This document shows, piece after piece, positions 1-9,881 of a stretch of 64,000 bases of DNA (the first letter of the stretch is position 1; each line of letters opens with the position of its first letter). The notes under the pieces were generated by a model. The model was not told the DNA's origin and ran no database searches. It worked only from the letters and a program-made list of their open reading frames with translations. The stretch comes from Bdellovibrionota bacterium (GTDB taxonomy: Bacteria; Bdellovibrionota_C; UBA2361; CAKMMH01): assembly GCA_050952645.1 (NCBI GenBank), contig JBMNLI010000010.1, positions 224,001-288,000 of the forward strand. Direction: 5' to 3'. Both the position numbers and the translations under genes were made by a program.

Positions 1-2
1 AT

Positions 3-587
3 AGCATCACATCTCAATTTACCCCTCCCCTTTATCTATTTTACAGACTAGTCGATGTGCTAGTAGATAGGTTTTCAAGAGGACTATCGGAATTTAATGA
101 GGCTATCGATACGCTTGAAGATTTAGCTATTGAAGAAACTGAGGATTTTAAAATATCCTATATTTTACAGATAAAAAGGAAGCTTACTTATTTAAGACAG
201 ATAAGTAAAGACCAAGAACTAGTTGCGCAAAAAATTGAATACACTACCGATATTACGCTAGATCATTCAATGAAAAAATATTTTAGAGATATTAGAGACC
301 ACACAATCGATATTTCTAAAACCATAGATAAGCAAATTTCAGACGTGCTATCTATTCGAGATGCCTACTTAGCGTTAGTAAATGTAAAGTTAGGCGATAT
401 TATGCGAATTTTAGCCATTATTACTACTATCGCCGTGCCACTAAATGTTATCGTTGGACTTTATGGAATGAACTTTGAGGTTATTCCACTACTACACAAC
501 GAGTCTGGCTTTTGGATAGTATCGGTTTCGATGGTTATAATTTGTGTTTTAATGCTTTTATTTTTTAAAAAGGAGCGTTGGCTATAA
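3..587 (+). CDS. corA: CorA-family Mg2+/Co2+ transporter (5' truncated by window)
   Basis: Frame open from position 3; two C-terminal TM helices with the GMNF signature (GLYGMNF). Confidence 0.9.
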   Translation, partial: SITSQFTPPLYLFYRLVDVLVDRFSRGLSEFNEAIDTLEDLAIEETEDFKISYILQIKRKLTYLRQISKDQELVAQKIEYTTDITLDHSMKKYFRDIRDHTIDISKTIDKQISDVLSIRDAYLALVNVKLGDIMRILAIITTIAVPLNVIVGLYGMNFEVIPLLHNESGFWIVSVSMVIICVLMLLFFKKERWL

Positions 588-1599
588 GGACTTTAACATT
601 TTAAAACGTGAATAACTAAAATTATTTAAAACAAATTTTTGGAACTATTTTTTAAACTATTTTGGAAACTATTTTTTGAAACGATAAAGAATATTTTGAA
701 TCTAAATAGATCCCCCCGCCCTTAGGAAAATCTTAGGAAAAATAGGTCTTACAAAAATTTAGTCAAGACTCTTTTTTCTGTGTGTTGTTTCTGTGTGCTA
801 GGGGTGAGATTGTAGTATAAGAATTTATTTTAAAACGCTTGCACATTATTTGTGTATTAACTTATTTGCATTAACTTGCATTACGGTATATTACAATTTA
901 CATATTACAAATACAAAGCGAGCTATCTTGACTAATAAATAAAATTAACATAAAATAGTCGTTATCTTAAGTGGCTTAGAGTTGATACTTGACTCAAGCA
1001 AAGTTGTAAATGAATTCCCCTTAAGCTGTTAAATATCTTAATCTTAAGGCTTAAAGGAAAGATAAGTAAAAATCTTTTTTCAAAGTATTTCGTATATAAT
1101 TTAAGATATAATTTAAGATTATTTAATTTTATTATTTTAAGCTTCCAATTAGTAATTAACAATTTCTATTAAAATTTTATACTTTAATGCAACATAAAAA
1201 ATGTAATATAAATATATAATTATCGTGCTAATTGCAATGCAAAATGTGCAATGTAAAATGTGCAATGCAAAATTTTATGTATTTTAAAGCTTAAGTTTAA
1301 AGTTTAATTTATTACTTTAATTTTATTACGTAAGAAGAATTATCTTAAAATAATATTTAATAAATTTTAGGTAAGCTTAAAGAAATTCTTTCTTGGAATA
1401 AGTTTTATCGCAAAAAAAATATTATAAATAAAAATATTATAAATATATAAGTGCGAGTAATATAACAAAAATAGCATAATGCATTTGCAGGCAAGCATAA
1501 GAGTTTAAAGCCATGCTATTTTGCAAAAACTTTATAAGAGAATTTCTTTAAAAGAGAATAAAAAATAATATAAAAAAACAAATAAAGGAAAAATTAATT

Positions 1600-2856
1600 A
1601 TGAATTTAAATGAATTAAAAAAGCTAAAAGCTGAGGATTTAATGAAACTCGTTGAAGAGTATGATATAGAAGGCGCAAACAATATGAGGCGTCAAGATTT
1701 AATTTTTAGTATCCTAACTGCTCGAGCAGAATCAAACGGAAACATTTATGGCTCTGGCGTTTTAGAATGTTTGCCCGATGGATTTGGATTTTTAAGAGCT
1801 CCCGATTATAACTATCTCCCAGGGTCGGATGATATCTACGTTTCTCCTGCTCAAATTAGAAGATTCGGATTAAAAACTGGAGATACCGTTGAGGGGCAAA
1901 TTCGCCCTCCAAGAGAAAAAGAGGGAGAGCGTTATTTTGCATTATTAAAAGTAAACTCCGTTAATGATGATAAGGTTGAGGTCTTAAAAAAGAAGACTCT
2001 TTTTGATAACTTAACCCCGATTTATCCCGAAGAAAAACTTAACCTAGAAAGTCAAAAAGGCGGATTTTCCCCTAGAATTATCGATTTATTTTCACCTATT
2101 GGAAAGGGACAACGTGCTTTAATAGTAGCACCTCCAAAAACTGGTAAAACCATATTGCTACAAAATATAGCAAATGCTATTACGGAGAACCACCCAGAGG
2201 TTGTTTTGATAGTGCTACTTATAGATGAACGCCCTGAAGAGGTTACGGATATGGAAAGGTCTGTAAAAGGCGAAGTTATAAGCTCAACGTTCGATGAGCC
2301 AGCACAACGCCACGTGCAAGTAGCGGAGATGGTAATTGAAAAGGCGAAAAGATTAGTAGAGCATAAAAAAGATGTAGTAATTTTATTAGACTCTATTACG
2401 AGGCTTGCGAGAGCTTACAACTCTGTGGTTCCACCTAGCGGAAAGGTGCTTTCAGGCGGTGTAGACTCGAATGCTCTTCAAAAGCCAAAAAGATTTTTTG
2501 GTGCCGCAAGAAATATTGAAGAGGGAGGAAGTTTAACTATTATTGGAACTGCTCTTATCGATACTGGTTCAAGAATGGATGAGGTTATTTTCGAGGAATT
2601 TAAGGGAACTGGTAATATGGAGCTAGTCTTAGATAGAAAACCTGTCGAGAAACGCATTTGGCCTGCTATCGATATCAATAAGTCGGGAACTAGAAAGGAA
2701 GAATTATTGATAGATGAAGAAACTCTACAAAAAATCTGGATATTAAGAAAAGTAATAAATCCTTTAAGCGTTGTAGAAGCTCTAGAATGGCTACTAGACA
2801 AGATGAAAGGCACTAAGAACAATAAAGAGTTTTTAGATATGATGAAAGGGGCATAA
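1600..2856 (+). CDS. rho: Transcription termination factor Rho
   Basis: DGFGFLR RNA-binding motif, APPKTGKT P-loop, [23 protein letters not shown]. Confidence 0.99.
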   Translation: MNLNELKKLKAEDLMKLVEEYDIEGANNMRRQDLIFSILTARAESNGNIYGSGVLECLPDGFGFLRAPDYNYLPGSDDIYVSPAQIRRFGLKTGDTVEGQIRPPREKEGERYFALLKVNSVNDDKVEVLKKKTLFDNLTPIYPEEKLNLESQKGGFSPRIIDLFSPIGKGQRALIVAPPKTGKTILLQNIANAITENHPEVVLIVLLIDERPEEVTDMERSVKGEVISSTFDEPAQRHVQVAEMVIEKAKRLVEHKKDVVILLDSITRLARAYNSVVPPSGKVLSGGVDSNALQKPKRFFGAARNIEEGGSLTIIGTALIDTGSRMDEVIFEEFKGTGNMELVLDRKPVEKRIWPAIDINKSGTRKEELLIDEETLQKIWILRKVINPLSVVEALEWLLDKMKGTKNNKEFLDMMKGA

Positions 2857-3026
2857 ACTTTAAGTTCTTTATATCTTTTTAGTTCTTCACATCTTTAAAG
2901 TGAAAGAGAAAAAGAAAAAGAAAGAGAAAAAGAAAGAGAAAAAGAAAAGAAAAAGAAGAAAAAAATAGAAAGCAAGAAAAAGAAGCGTTCTCTTTTTTTT
3001 TCTTACAACTTTTCTTATAACTTTTC

Positions 3027-3683
3027 TTACAGCCCTTGCACTATATACCAAAGGCCAAAAAATCCGATTATAGTTTTAAATATAAACAAGTCTGCGAATA
3101 TTTGCCATCTATTTAGAATCTTAGCTAAAAGGCATAGAGAAATATCGCAAAGTAAAAAAACGAATAAAAAAGGGATAGACTTTTCAAAAGCTATTTTTAA
3201 CGAACTTAATATAAAGGTAAATATTTCATTATTCGTAATATTTGCATCTAATGAAAAATAAGTCGCATCTATTATCGCTCTAAAACTTTCTTCAAAGCCC
3301 CCATAGAAAATCCAAACGAACCAAACATACTTGCTAACTAATGTTGAGAAGTAAGATTGCGTCTCTCCTAATATGGGATTTAACACATACGAGGTATTAG
3401 CTCCCCTACCTGCATCGAAAAGCTCCGCCATAACGCTAGCTATATAAACTTTCATAAAGACTTGAACTGAAAATAAAAAACCGATTAGAATTTCATAATA
3501 ATAATTTTGACTTTCTAAAGTATGACCTGCACAAAACACAACAAAGAAAGACATTAGAAACGACAGCACGCACTTAGTTACAGTCGAGGATATACCGCCA
3601 GCTATAGGAACTAAGATAAGGAATGATATAAATCTTAAAAAATAACTAAAAAAACTTGTTAAATAAACATCAAAAGCAATCAT
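3027..3683 (-). CDS. sctT: Type III export apparatus inner-membrane protein SctT/FliR family
   Basis: Hydrophobic 218 aa; FLRF..F...P, AELFDAGRG (G..ID..RG-like) motif; follows an SctS-like gene with a 4-nt overlap. Confidence 0.75.
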   Translation of the reverse strand: MIAFDVYLTSFFSYFLRFISFLILVPIAGGISSTVTKCVLSFLMSFFVVFCAGHTLESQNYYYEILIGFLFSVQVFMKVYIASVMAELFDAGRGANTSYVLNPILGETQSYFSTLVSKYVWFVWIFYGGFEESFRAIIDATYFSLDANITNNEIFTFILSSLKIAFEKSIPFLFVFLLCDISLCLLAKILNRWQIFADLFIFKTIIGFFGLWYIVQGL

Positions 3684-3946
3684 ATACTTAGCGATCCATA
3701 TTTTATTATTTCTACAAATGCACTATTAAAATAGTTGATAACCAAAGTATAAAAATAATTAAAACAAAAATAAAAAGTAGCAAAAACTACGATACACTTA
3801 ACTATATAAGATAAACTTTGCTCTTGGATTTGCGTTATAGTTTGCAAAAATGCTATAAATATCGAGCATAGCCCACTTAGAAGCAATGGAAGCCCAGAAA
3901 CGATTAAAATGATAAGAACTCCTTGAACTAAAAAATTTGTATTCAT
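3680..3946 (-). CDS. sctS: Type III export apparatus SctS/FliQ
   Basis: 88 aa, FLQTITQIQEQSLSYIVK signature. Confidence 0.92.
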   Translation of the reverse strand: MNTNFLVQGVLIILIVSGLPLLLSGLCSIFIAFLQTITQIQEQSLSYIVKCIVVFATFYFCFNYFYTLVINYFNSAFVEIIKYGSLSI

Positions 3947-4030
3947 AAATCACCTTACCAAGCAAAAAAAAGGCTCTTCACGTTTTAAGTGGGTTAAGGA
4001 CCTTAAAATTAGTATCACGCACCCCACGAA

Positions 4031-5923
4031 ATAGGGTAGAGCGAGGGCTATACCCTCTCCCTCCCGTCGCACCGTACGTACGGGTCTCGTATACGGCGCT
4101 CCATTAATATAATATCAAGTAATACTCAGGTAATACGTCAAAGGGTCGATTAAACCAATTCGTTCCTTTGTTTTACGCCCCAATATTTTAGGGCTTAATG
4201 CATAATTCACTACGTACCACGAACTGCGTCTATACCAGCCGAGTCTGCTGTTAGCAACCTTATAGATTTCTTCATTTCTAAAATTGCAACCAAGCATTCG
4301 GTTCAATTTCTTAAGATTTAGATAGATTCGTCTCGGCAATTTCCACTGTTTAAGTATTATAACCCTCACTTTGTGTCTAAGCCATTGACCATATTTATCT
4401 ATAAAAGTCTTAAGAGTTCCTATCTTATAATAGTTTATCCAACCTTTAATTAACCAGCTTAGCTGTTGAAATGTCGAACCTAACGTTCGTGCCATTGCCT
4501 TCCGTCTACAAAGAATTTCTCTAGTTTTATCATAGAGTTTTCGTTTGCGATCTTCAGCAGGTTTACATTTCCAAGTTTTATACCCACTCTTCCAGTAGGT
4601 AAAGCCTAAGAAAGTGCTTTCCGTCGGCCTAGAGATTTTACTCTTACTTGAATTAATTTTAAGTCGTAGCTTACGCTCCAACCAACTCGCAACGGACTTC
4701 ATTACTCTATTAGCAGCCTTTTCACTTCTAACAAATATATTACAGTCATCGGCATATCTAACAAACTTAAGTCCTCTTGCTTCCAGTTCCTTGTCGAGCT
4801 TATCAAGGTATATGTTAGATAATACTGGGGATAATGGACCTCCTTGCGGAACTCCTTTCTCACTTACAGTAAACAATCCATCTTCCATTATACCAGCTCT
4901 TAAGAACTGTCTTATCAATCGTAGTGTCTTCGCATCTTTGATGCGTTCCCTGATTATCGAAATTAATTTGTCGTGATTAACAGTATCAAAATATTTCTCT
5001 ATGTCTAGGTCTATAACCCAATCATAGCCTCTTTTCAAGTACTCAAGAGTTCTATATACTGCTAGATGGCAATTCCTTCTAGGTCTAAAGCCATAGCTAC
5101 TATTACTAAAATACTTTTCGTATCCGCGTGCTAGTATTTGCGCTACCGCTTGTTGAATTACCCTATCTACTACTGTAGGTATTCCTAAAGGTCTCATCTT
5201 ACCATTAGCTTTAGGTATATACACTCTCTTAACTGGACTCGGCTTATAATTCCCTTCACGTATCTGAGATTTTATCTCTTCTCTGTGAACGGCAAAATAG
5301 TCTTCAAGCTCATCTACTGGCATATCATCTACACCAGATGCACCTTTATTTCGCTTAACAGCCTTTATAGCCTCATCTATATTTTTGTCTGATATAATTA
5401 GTTCAATCAATTCCACCTGTTGCTCCTCCCTCTGTTTGTAAAGCTACTAGAAAACACCCCCTCTATCTTCTGCCCCCACAGGTTACGTTCCTGTTTGTTA
5501 GGCATATCTTCAATTTCGGACTCTTCTAGCCTTGCTTACAGTGATTCACAATATATTAACGTTCAACCCTTCCTTGAGTGGTGTCTCAAGTACTATGGTA
5601 TCAACTGACTTCCAGATATAAGCTTTATATCGCACGTGCATAGCACGCTATCTGGACCTCCGGGGTAAGGCATAGTTCTTTCACCAGACAACCTCCAGAT
5701 TTACTCGTTTGGTTTTACGTTTGTCTTTAGGGCTTCGGTTTGTAGCGCAACCTCACCCACCATTTAGCCTTGTATCTGGTTTCTGTTCGTAGGCTCCTTG
5801 GTTTTGATCCGCCACTTCCTTCACTCTAACATTACTGCTTCGAGCTTGTGGCATCACTACACTTGGTGACAACTACCCGTGACGGGACTTTCACCCGCTA
5901 GAACTATGTCGTGCCCGGCACAC
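4031..5923 (-). mobile_element. Group II intron, class IIC (1893 nt)
   Basis: Minus strand starts GTGTGCCGGGCAC and ends CTACCCTAT. Domain V GAGCGCCGTATACGAGACCCGTACGTACGGTGCGACGGGAGG has the CGC triad typical of IIC. The internal RT ORF has no endonuclease domain. Confidence 0.93.
4115..5416 (-). CDS. ltrA: Group II intron reverse transcriptase/maturase (RT + X domain, no En domain)
   Basis: RPLGIPTVVDRVIQQA, SYGFRP, DLDIEKYFDTVNH, GVPQGGPLSPVLSNIYL, YADD, GWINYY; GTG start with GGAGG RBS. Confidence 0.97.
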   Translation of the reverse strand: MELIELIISDKNIDEAIKAVKRNKGASGVDDMPVDELEDYFAVHREEIKSQIREGNYKPSPVKRVYIPKANGKMRPLGIPTVVDRVIQQAVAQILARGYEKYFSNSSYGFRPRRNCHLAVYRTLEYLKRGYDWVIDLDIEKYFDTVNHDKLISIIRERIKDAKTLRLIRQFLRAGIMEDGLFTVSEKGVPQGGPLSPVLSNIYLDKLDKELEARGLKFVRYADDCNIFVRSEKAANRVMKSVASWLERKLRLKINSSKSKISRPTESTFLGFTYWKSGYKTWKCKPAEDRKRKLYDKTREILCRRKAMARTLGSTFQQLSWLIKGWINYYKIGTLKTFIDKYGQWLRHKVRVIILKQWKLPRRIYLNLKKLNRMLGCNFRNEEIYKVANSRLGWYRRSSWYVVNYALSPKILGRKTKERIGLIDPLTYYLSIT

Positions 5924-6094
5924 GCCCAAAAGAAAATTGACTTTAAAGAAATTTGCATAAAATAAATTACTTTAAATATAGTTGTAATTTTTCTTTAAAC
6001 TATAGCTAGTTTTCTACAAAAGCCAATTTTCTTTTAAGCTAACCCAAAAAACAATTTTTCTAACCCACCTAAAACGTGAAGAACCAAAAAAAAA

Positions 6095-6970
6095 TCAATT
6101 TAGAAACGATAAAATTAAAGATTTCCCTAAAAGTAGCCACCCATCTATAAGCACAAAGATTAATATTTTTAATGGGAGAGATACTAAAGACGGCGTAAGC
6201 ATATACATTCCAAGCCCTACTAAAATATTTGCAACGATTATATCGATTATTAAAAATGGAATCAGTAAACTAACACTCATAGCAAAGGCCTCTTTTAGTT
6301 CTGAAAATAAAAAAGCTAAAAGCACTATAGGGAAACTTTCTTCATCTCTAGTTTTTAATTCTTCTTTTTGAACTTTTAAAGCTTCTAAATTTTTATTTAA
6401 AACTTCTTTGCCATCTTTAAAAACTATTTCTTTATTATTTTCTTTATTTTTTTCTTTGCTAATTTCTTTATTACTTACTTTATTACTTACTTTATAACTC
6501 TCATTATTGCTTTCATTATTGCTTTCTTTATTGCTCTCACTATTGCTTTCTTTACTTTTCTCAATATCGTGTTTTTTAACTATATCTTTTTTTATATCTA
6601 CTAAAAGAGCTAACTCTTTTTTCCCTGAATGCTTAAGCATAAAATTTTTCCAAGGAACTGAAATTTTTTTGAAAATATCCATAGCATCATTAAATTTAAA
6701 TTCTTGAAGCTTTACATTTTGAAAGCTTTTAGCGATATCATGCGATTCTTCATACACGGGGTACATTATAAATAGGCTCAAAGAAAATGATAAAACTAAA
6801 ATTAAGATATTCCCTGGGAATTGTTGCGTGCCGAACCCATTTCTTAAGAGCGTAAGCACTATGCTTATTTTTAAATACGATGTGCAAACTCCTAATATAA
6901 TAGGGATAAGCGATACTAATAAAGTTATAAAAATAAACCACATTGGATTTATAGCCATGCTCGTGTTCAT
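6095..6970 (-). CDS. sctR: Type III export apparatus SctR/FliP family, with low-complexity tandem-repeat insertion
   Basis: TSYLKISIVLTLLRNGFGTQQFP, SELKEAF, PFLIIDIIVANILVGLGMYML, PLKILIFVLIDGW; no FliP-type N-terminal signal peptide. Confidence 0.92.
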   Translation of the reverse strand: MNTSMAINPMWFIFITLLVSLIPIILGVCTSYLKISIVLTLLRNGFGTQQFPGNILILVLSFSLSLFIMYPVYEESHDIAKSFQNVKLQEFKFNDAMDIFKKISVPWKNFMLKHSGKKELALLVDIKKDIVKKHDIEKSKESNSESNKESNNESNNESYKVSNKVSNKEISKEKNKENNKEIVFKDGKEVLNKNLEALKVQKEELKTRDEESFPIVLLAFLFSELKEAFAMSVSLLIPFLIIDIIVANILVGLGMYMLTPSLVSLPLKILIFVLIDGWLLLGKSLILSFLN

Positions 6971-7917
6971 ACAGATTGCCTTAAAATAATATTTCTAACG
7001 TTTAAGCCTTTGCTTTTTAAAGTCTCTAAAATTTTTGTTCTCTCTTTATGAAAATTTAAATAATCCTTGTAAGAATTTATAGAAATATTTATATCTACTA
7101 TATTTTGATTTTCTAAAAAATTTAAATTAAATAAGTTTCCAGCCTCTGAGGTATACTCTAAGGAAATACTCGAGCCATTTTCAAACTTTTGAACGCTAAG
7201 CTCATCAATCCTTTCTTGAAACTTTTCAAAGCTTAAGAAACTCTCCGATGCGTTCTTGTTTTTGCTTTGCTCTCCGTTAAACGATGTATCAAAAAAACTA
7301 TTATCATTATTTTGAACTATTACGCTTCTATTGTCGCACTCCTGTAAACTATCGCTTGTGCATTCTAAATTTGTGCTACGCTCGACATCACTTTCTATTT
7401 CTTCTATAAAAGATTTTTCTTTTTCTCCATCTAATTCTTTGACTTTAAGGCTTGCCTTATCTTTTTCAAATAAGTCCTTAAATCTTTTTGACACGATAAA
7501 AGTTTCAATATTTTCCGTCGTCTCTATATTTTCTTTCTTTATTTTTTGAGTTAATTTTATATCTTCTATTTTTTTATAAATAAACTCTAGCATCTTATTA
7601 GACTTATTTAATTTCTTGGTTAAGTCTTGAGTTTTAAGCTCTAGCTCGCTTGCGATCGCCTTGTTCTTTTCTAAATCTTTCGACTTTTCTACGATTCTCT
7701 TTTGCAAAAACTTTAAATTATTTTTTGCGTCTTTATCATCTTTAGTTTTTCTTTCTATAAAAGAGCTTCTTACTCTCTCAAAATCGCTATTTTTTTCCTG
7801 AATTCTCGTTTTTACTTCTTGAAACTTTACGTTTTCTTCTCTTAAGCGATTTTCAAGCTCAAGCTTTGATATAGTGTCGTATTCATATTTTTTTATTAGA
7901 AAATCTTTTTCTTGCAT
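6967..7917 (-). CDS. Coiled-coil protein with FliK/SctP-like C-terminus (putative T3SS stalk/ruler)
   Basis: About 140 aa of charged coiled coil, low-complexity middle, C-terminal beta-rich segment ending ILETLKSKGLNVRNIIL; overlaps the sctR start. Confidence 0.45.
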   Translation of the reverse strand: MQEKDFLIKKYEYDTISKLELENRLREENVKFQEVKTRIQEKNSDFERVRSSFIERKTKDDKDAKNNLKFLQKRIVEKSKDLEKNKAIASELELKTQDLTKKLNKSNKMLEFIYKKIEDIKLTQKIKKENIETTENIETFIVSKRFKDLFEKDKASLKVKELDGEKEKSFIEEIESDVERSTNLECTSDSLQECDNRSVIVQNNDNSFFDTSFNGEQSKNKNASESFLSFEKFQERIDELSVQKFENGSSISLEYTSEAGNLFNLNFLENQNIVDINISINSYKDYLNFHKERTKILETLKSKGLNVRNIILRQSV

Positions 7918-7942
7918 TTTTTAAAACTACGGCTTAAAAAAA

Positions 7943-8236
7943 TTAAATACCATTTTGAAGCTTTCTAACGCTTCCTACGCCTGCTTCTGCTACCCGAGAA
8001 ACGAGTTCGACTTTCATCGCTAAATTATTTACATTTATCTGACAACGCATTAAATCTTTTAACTCGTTCATAGAATTTTTTTGCGTCTCCGATACCTTAT
8101 CGGTTTTTATCGAATCGGTTTTTATCGATGTGAAATGTGATAGATAATCTTTAAAACTCTTATTCGATACAGCATTATTTAAAAGATTATCGTCTAGACC
8201 CATGTTTTTTAATGAATTTAAAAATGAAACTTTCAC
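7943..8236 (-). CDS. Small T3SS-associated helical protein (SctI/inner-rod-like)
   Basis: C-terminus ELKDLMRCQINV..KVELVSRVAEAGVGSVRKLQNG resembles rod/needle-type helical hairpins; first gene of the sctRST cluster; GGAG RBS. Confidence 0.5.
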   Translation of the reverse strand: MKVSFLNSLKNMGLDDNLLNNAVSNKSFKDYLSHFTSIKTDSIKTDKVSETQKNSMNELKDLMRCQINVNNLAMKVELVSRVAEAGVGSVRKLQNGI

Positions 8237-8407
8237 TTGCTTTTCTCCTATCTTTTTTAGTGGTTTAAAAAATTTTACTTTCCTAAATGCTCTCCTAAAT
8301 AAAGATATCGAAGAAAATTTTTAAAAATTTCAAAAAAATTAAAAAAGAATAAAAAAATAAAGAATAAAGAAAATAAAAGAAAAATATCTTAAAGTATATT
8401 AAAACTG

Positions 8408-9709
8408 CTATGCAGTTTTTTCATAGCTTAAAACATCCTTTAGTCCGACTAATAAAAGGAATACTAGCAATACCTCACTATCTCCAATATTATATTCGAC
8501 TAATCCTGCTAACTGAGACGATAAGATTGAAAGTCCGATAATATAGACGTAGTCTTTAGCTTTGCTTTTACCTTGGCTTTCACCTTTAAAAGAATTTTCA
8601 CCTTTAAAGGAGTTTTTAAGGAGCAAGAATATCCAAATTAGATATAAAAATAGATTAAACACACCAAACTCGACTATAATATTTAATAAATTATTATGAA
8701 AATGGTTTAAGTATGATGGAATATCGATAGAGTAGCTAGCAAGATTTCTACTAGCCTTATACCCAACGCCTAAGGGGTACCTAGTCATAAGTTCTCCTGC
8801 AACTTTCCACATTGAAGCACGCCCTCCAGATATAAAAAAATGGCTTTTCGAACTTAGCACTCTTTCTCTAATTGGGGTAAAACTAAAAAACAAGATTAAA
8901 AAACATACTATAACAGGCACTAAATGCTTTCTATTAAATTTAAAAAATAAAATTAGCGTGGCTACTATAACACCTATCCAAGGTCCTCTTTTTAAATTTA
9001 AAGCAAATGAGGCAAAACAAATCGGAGCATACAGCAAAACAAAATTCCTGATATCCGTAATATTCTTTTTCTTTATAACTACGCTTATAACAAAAACACT
9101 TAAAAGCAAAAACGATGCTAAGAGCAATATAGAATAGCTTTCAAAATATTTATGCGAGAACCCAAATAAAAGTCCTATTGTAAATAGACTCATTGAAAAC
9201 ACGCCTTCGCTAGTTTTTATATCGCCTTGACGTAAAAATATAATTCCAAAAATAAGCGGCAATGTTAGCGCAAGTTGCCCAGACTCGCTAAGCTTTCCTA
9301 CAAAAAAGTTCGGAACTAGCTCGCTTCCAAAAGCCTCTTGAAAAATAGTGTGAAATGAAGATATAGTTTGCCCTAAGGCTAGTAGCGAAATTAAAAGCAA
9401 GGCTTTCGATTTATCCGTATACTTAAAAACGGCAGGAATTAGCAAAAAGTAAAAACACAGCGTGCTTAAACTTTTTATACTTTTAAGTGGAGTTAGATAG
9501 CAAAATGAAAAAAGGAAAGCAAAGATAAAAAAATAACTAATATATTTACGTTCCTCAAAAAAGAGATCTTTTAGTTTAAAATCTCTAAGAAGATATATTA
9601 AAATTAGCGGTATTATAAACGCCAAGGCAAAAGATAGCTTAATAGGTATCATTAAAAACGATAAATAGACTAAATACTCTATCTTTCTTTCACTTAAATT
9701 CTTTAGCAT
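8408..9709 (-). CDS. O-antigen ligase (Wzy_C/WaaL) family membrane protein
   Basis: Multi-TM; KRGPWIG, GRASMWK, PLGVG, HFHNNLLNIIVEFG. Confidence 0.85.
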   Translation of the reverse strand: MLKNLSERKIEYLVYLSFLMIPIKLSFALAFIIPLILIYLLRDFKLKDLFFEERKYISYFFIFAFLFSFCYLTPLKSIKSLSTLCFYFLLIPAVFKYTDKSKALLLISLLALGQTISSFHTIFQEAFGSELVPNFFVGKLSESGQLALTLPLIFGIIFLRQGDIKTSEGVFSMSLFTIGLLFGFSHKYFESYSILLLASFLLLSVFVISVVIKKKNITDIRNFVLLYAPICFASFALNLKRGPWIGVIVATLILFFKFNRKHLVPVIVCFLILFFSFTPIRERVLSSKSHFFISGGRASMWKVAGELMTRYPLGVGYKASRNLASYSIDIPSYLNHFHNNLLNIIVEFGVFNLFLYLIWIFLLLKNSFKGENSFKGESQGKSKAKDYVYIIGLSILSSQLAGLVEYNIGDSEVLLVFLLLVGLKDVLSYEKTA

Positions 9710-9881
9710 TTTTTAGAAGCCTTTAAAAAAGTAGTCTTTTAAAACTTATAATTTTTCAAATTTTTGAAACTTTTTTTATAATACCATAATCTTAATATAT
9801 TAGGAGTAGCTTTTTTAAAAAGAAATTAAACTTAAATTTTTTTTAAACCAGTTTTTTTAAACCTATTTAATAGAGAAAAAT

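Larger units (their letters stand above)
3972..6085. mobile_element. MITE-like hairpin repeat copy interrupted by a group II intron (left part 3972-4030, right part 5924-6085)
   Basis: Terminal inverted repeats GGCTCTTCACGTTTTAAGTGGGTTA / TAACCCACCTAAAACGTGAAGAACC; both flanks are A8 runs; the right part aligns in reverse complement with 55414-55556. Confidence 0.85.

Noticed and set aside
4115..5416. RT as a retron, DGR or defence RT
   Set aside because: Complete group II intron RNA ends, domain V and the maturase X domain are present; no TR/VR pair or msr-msd seen.
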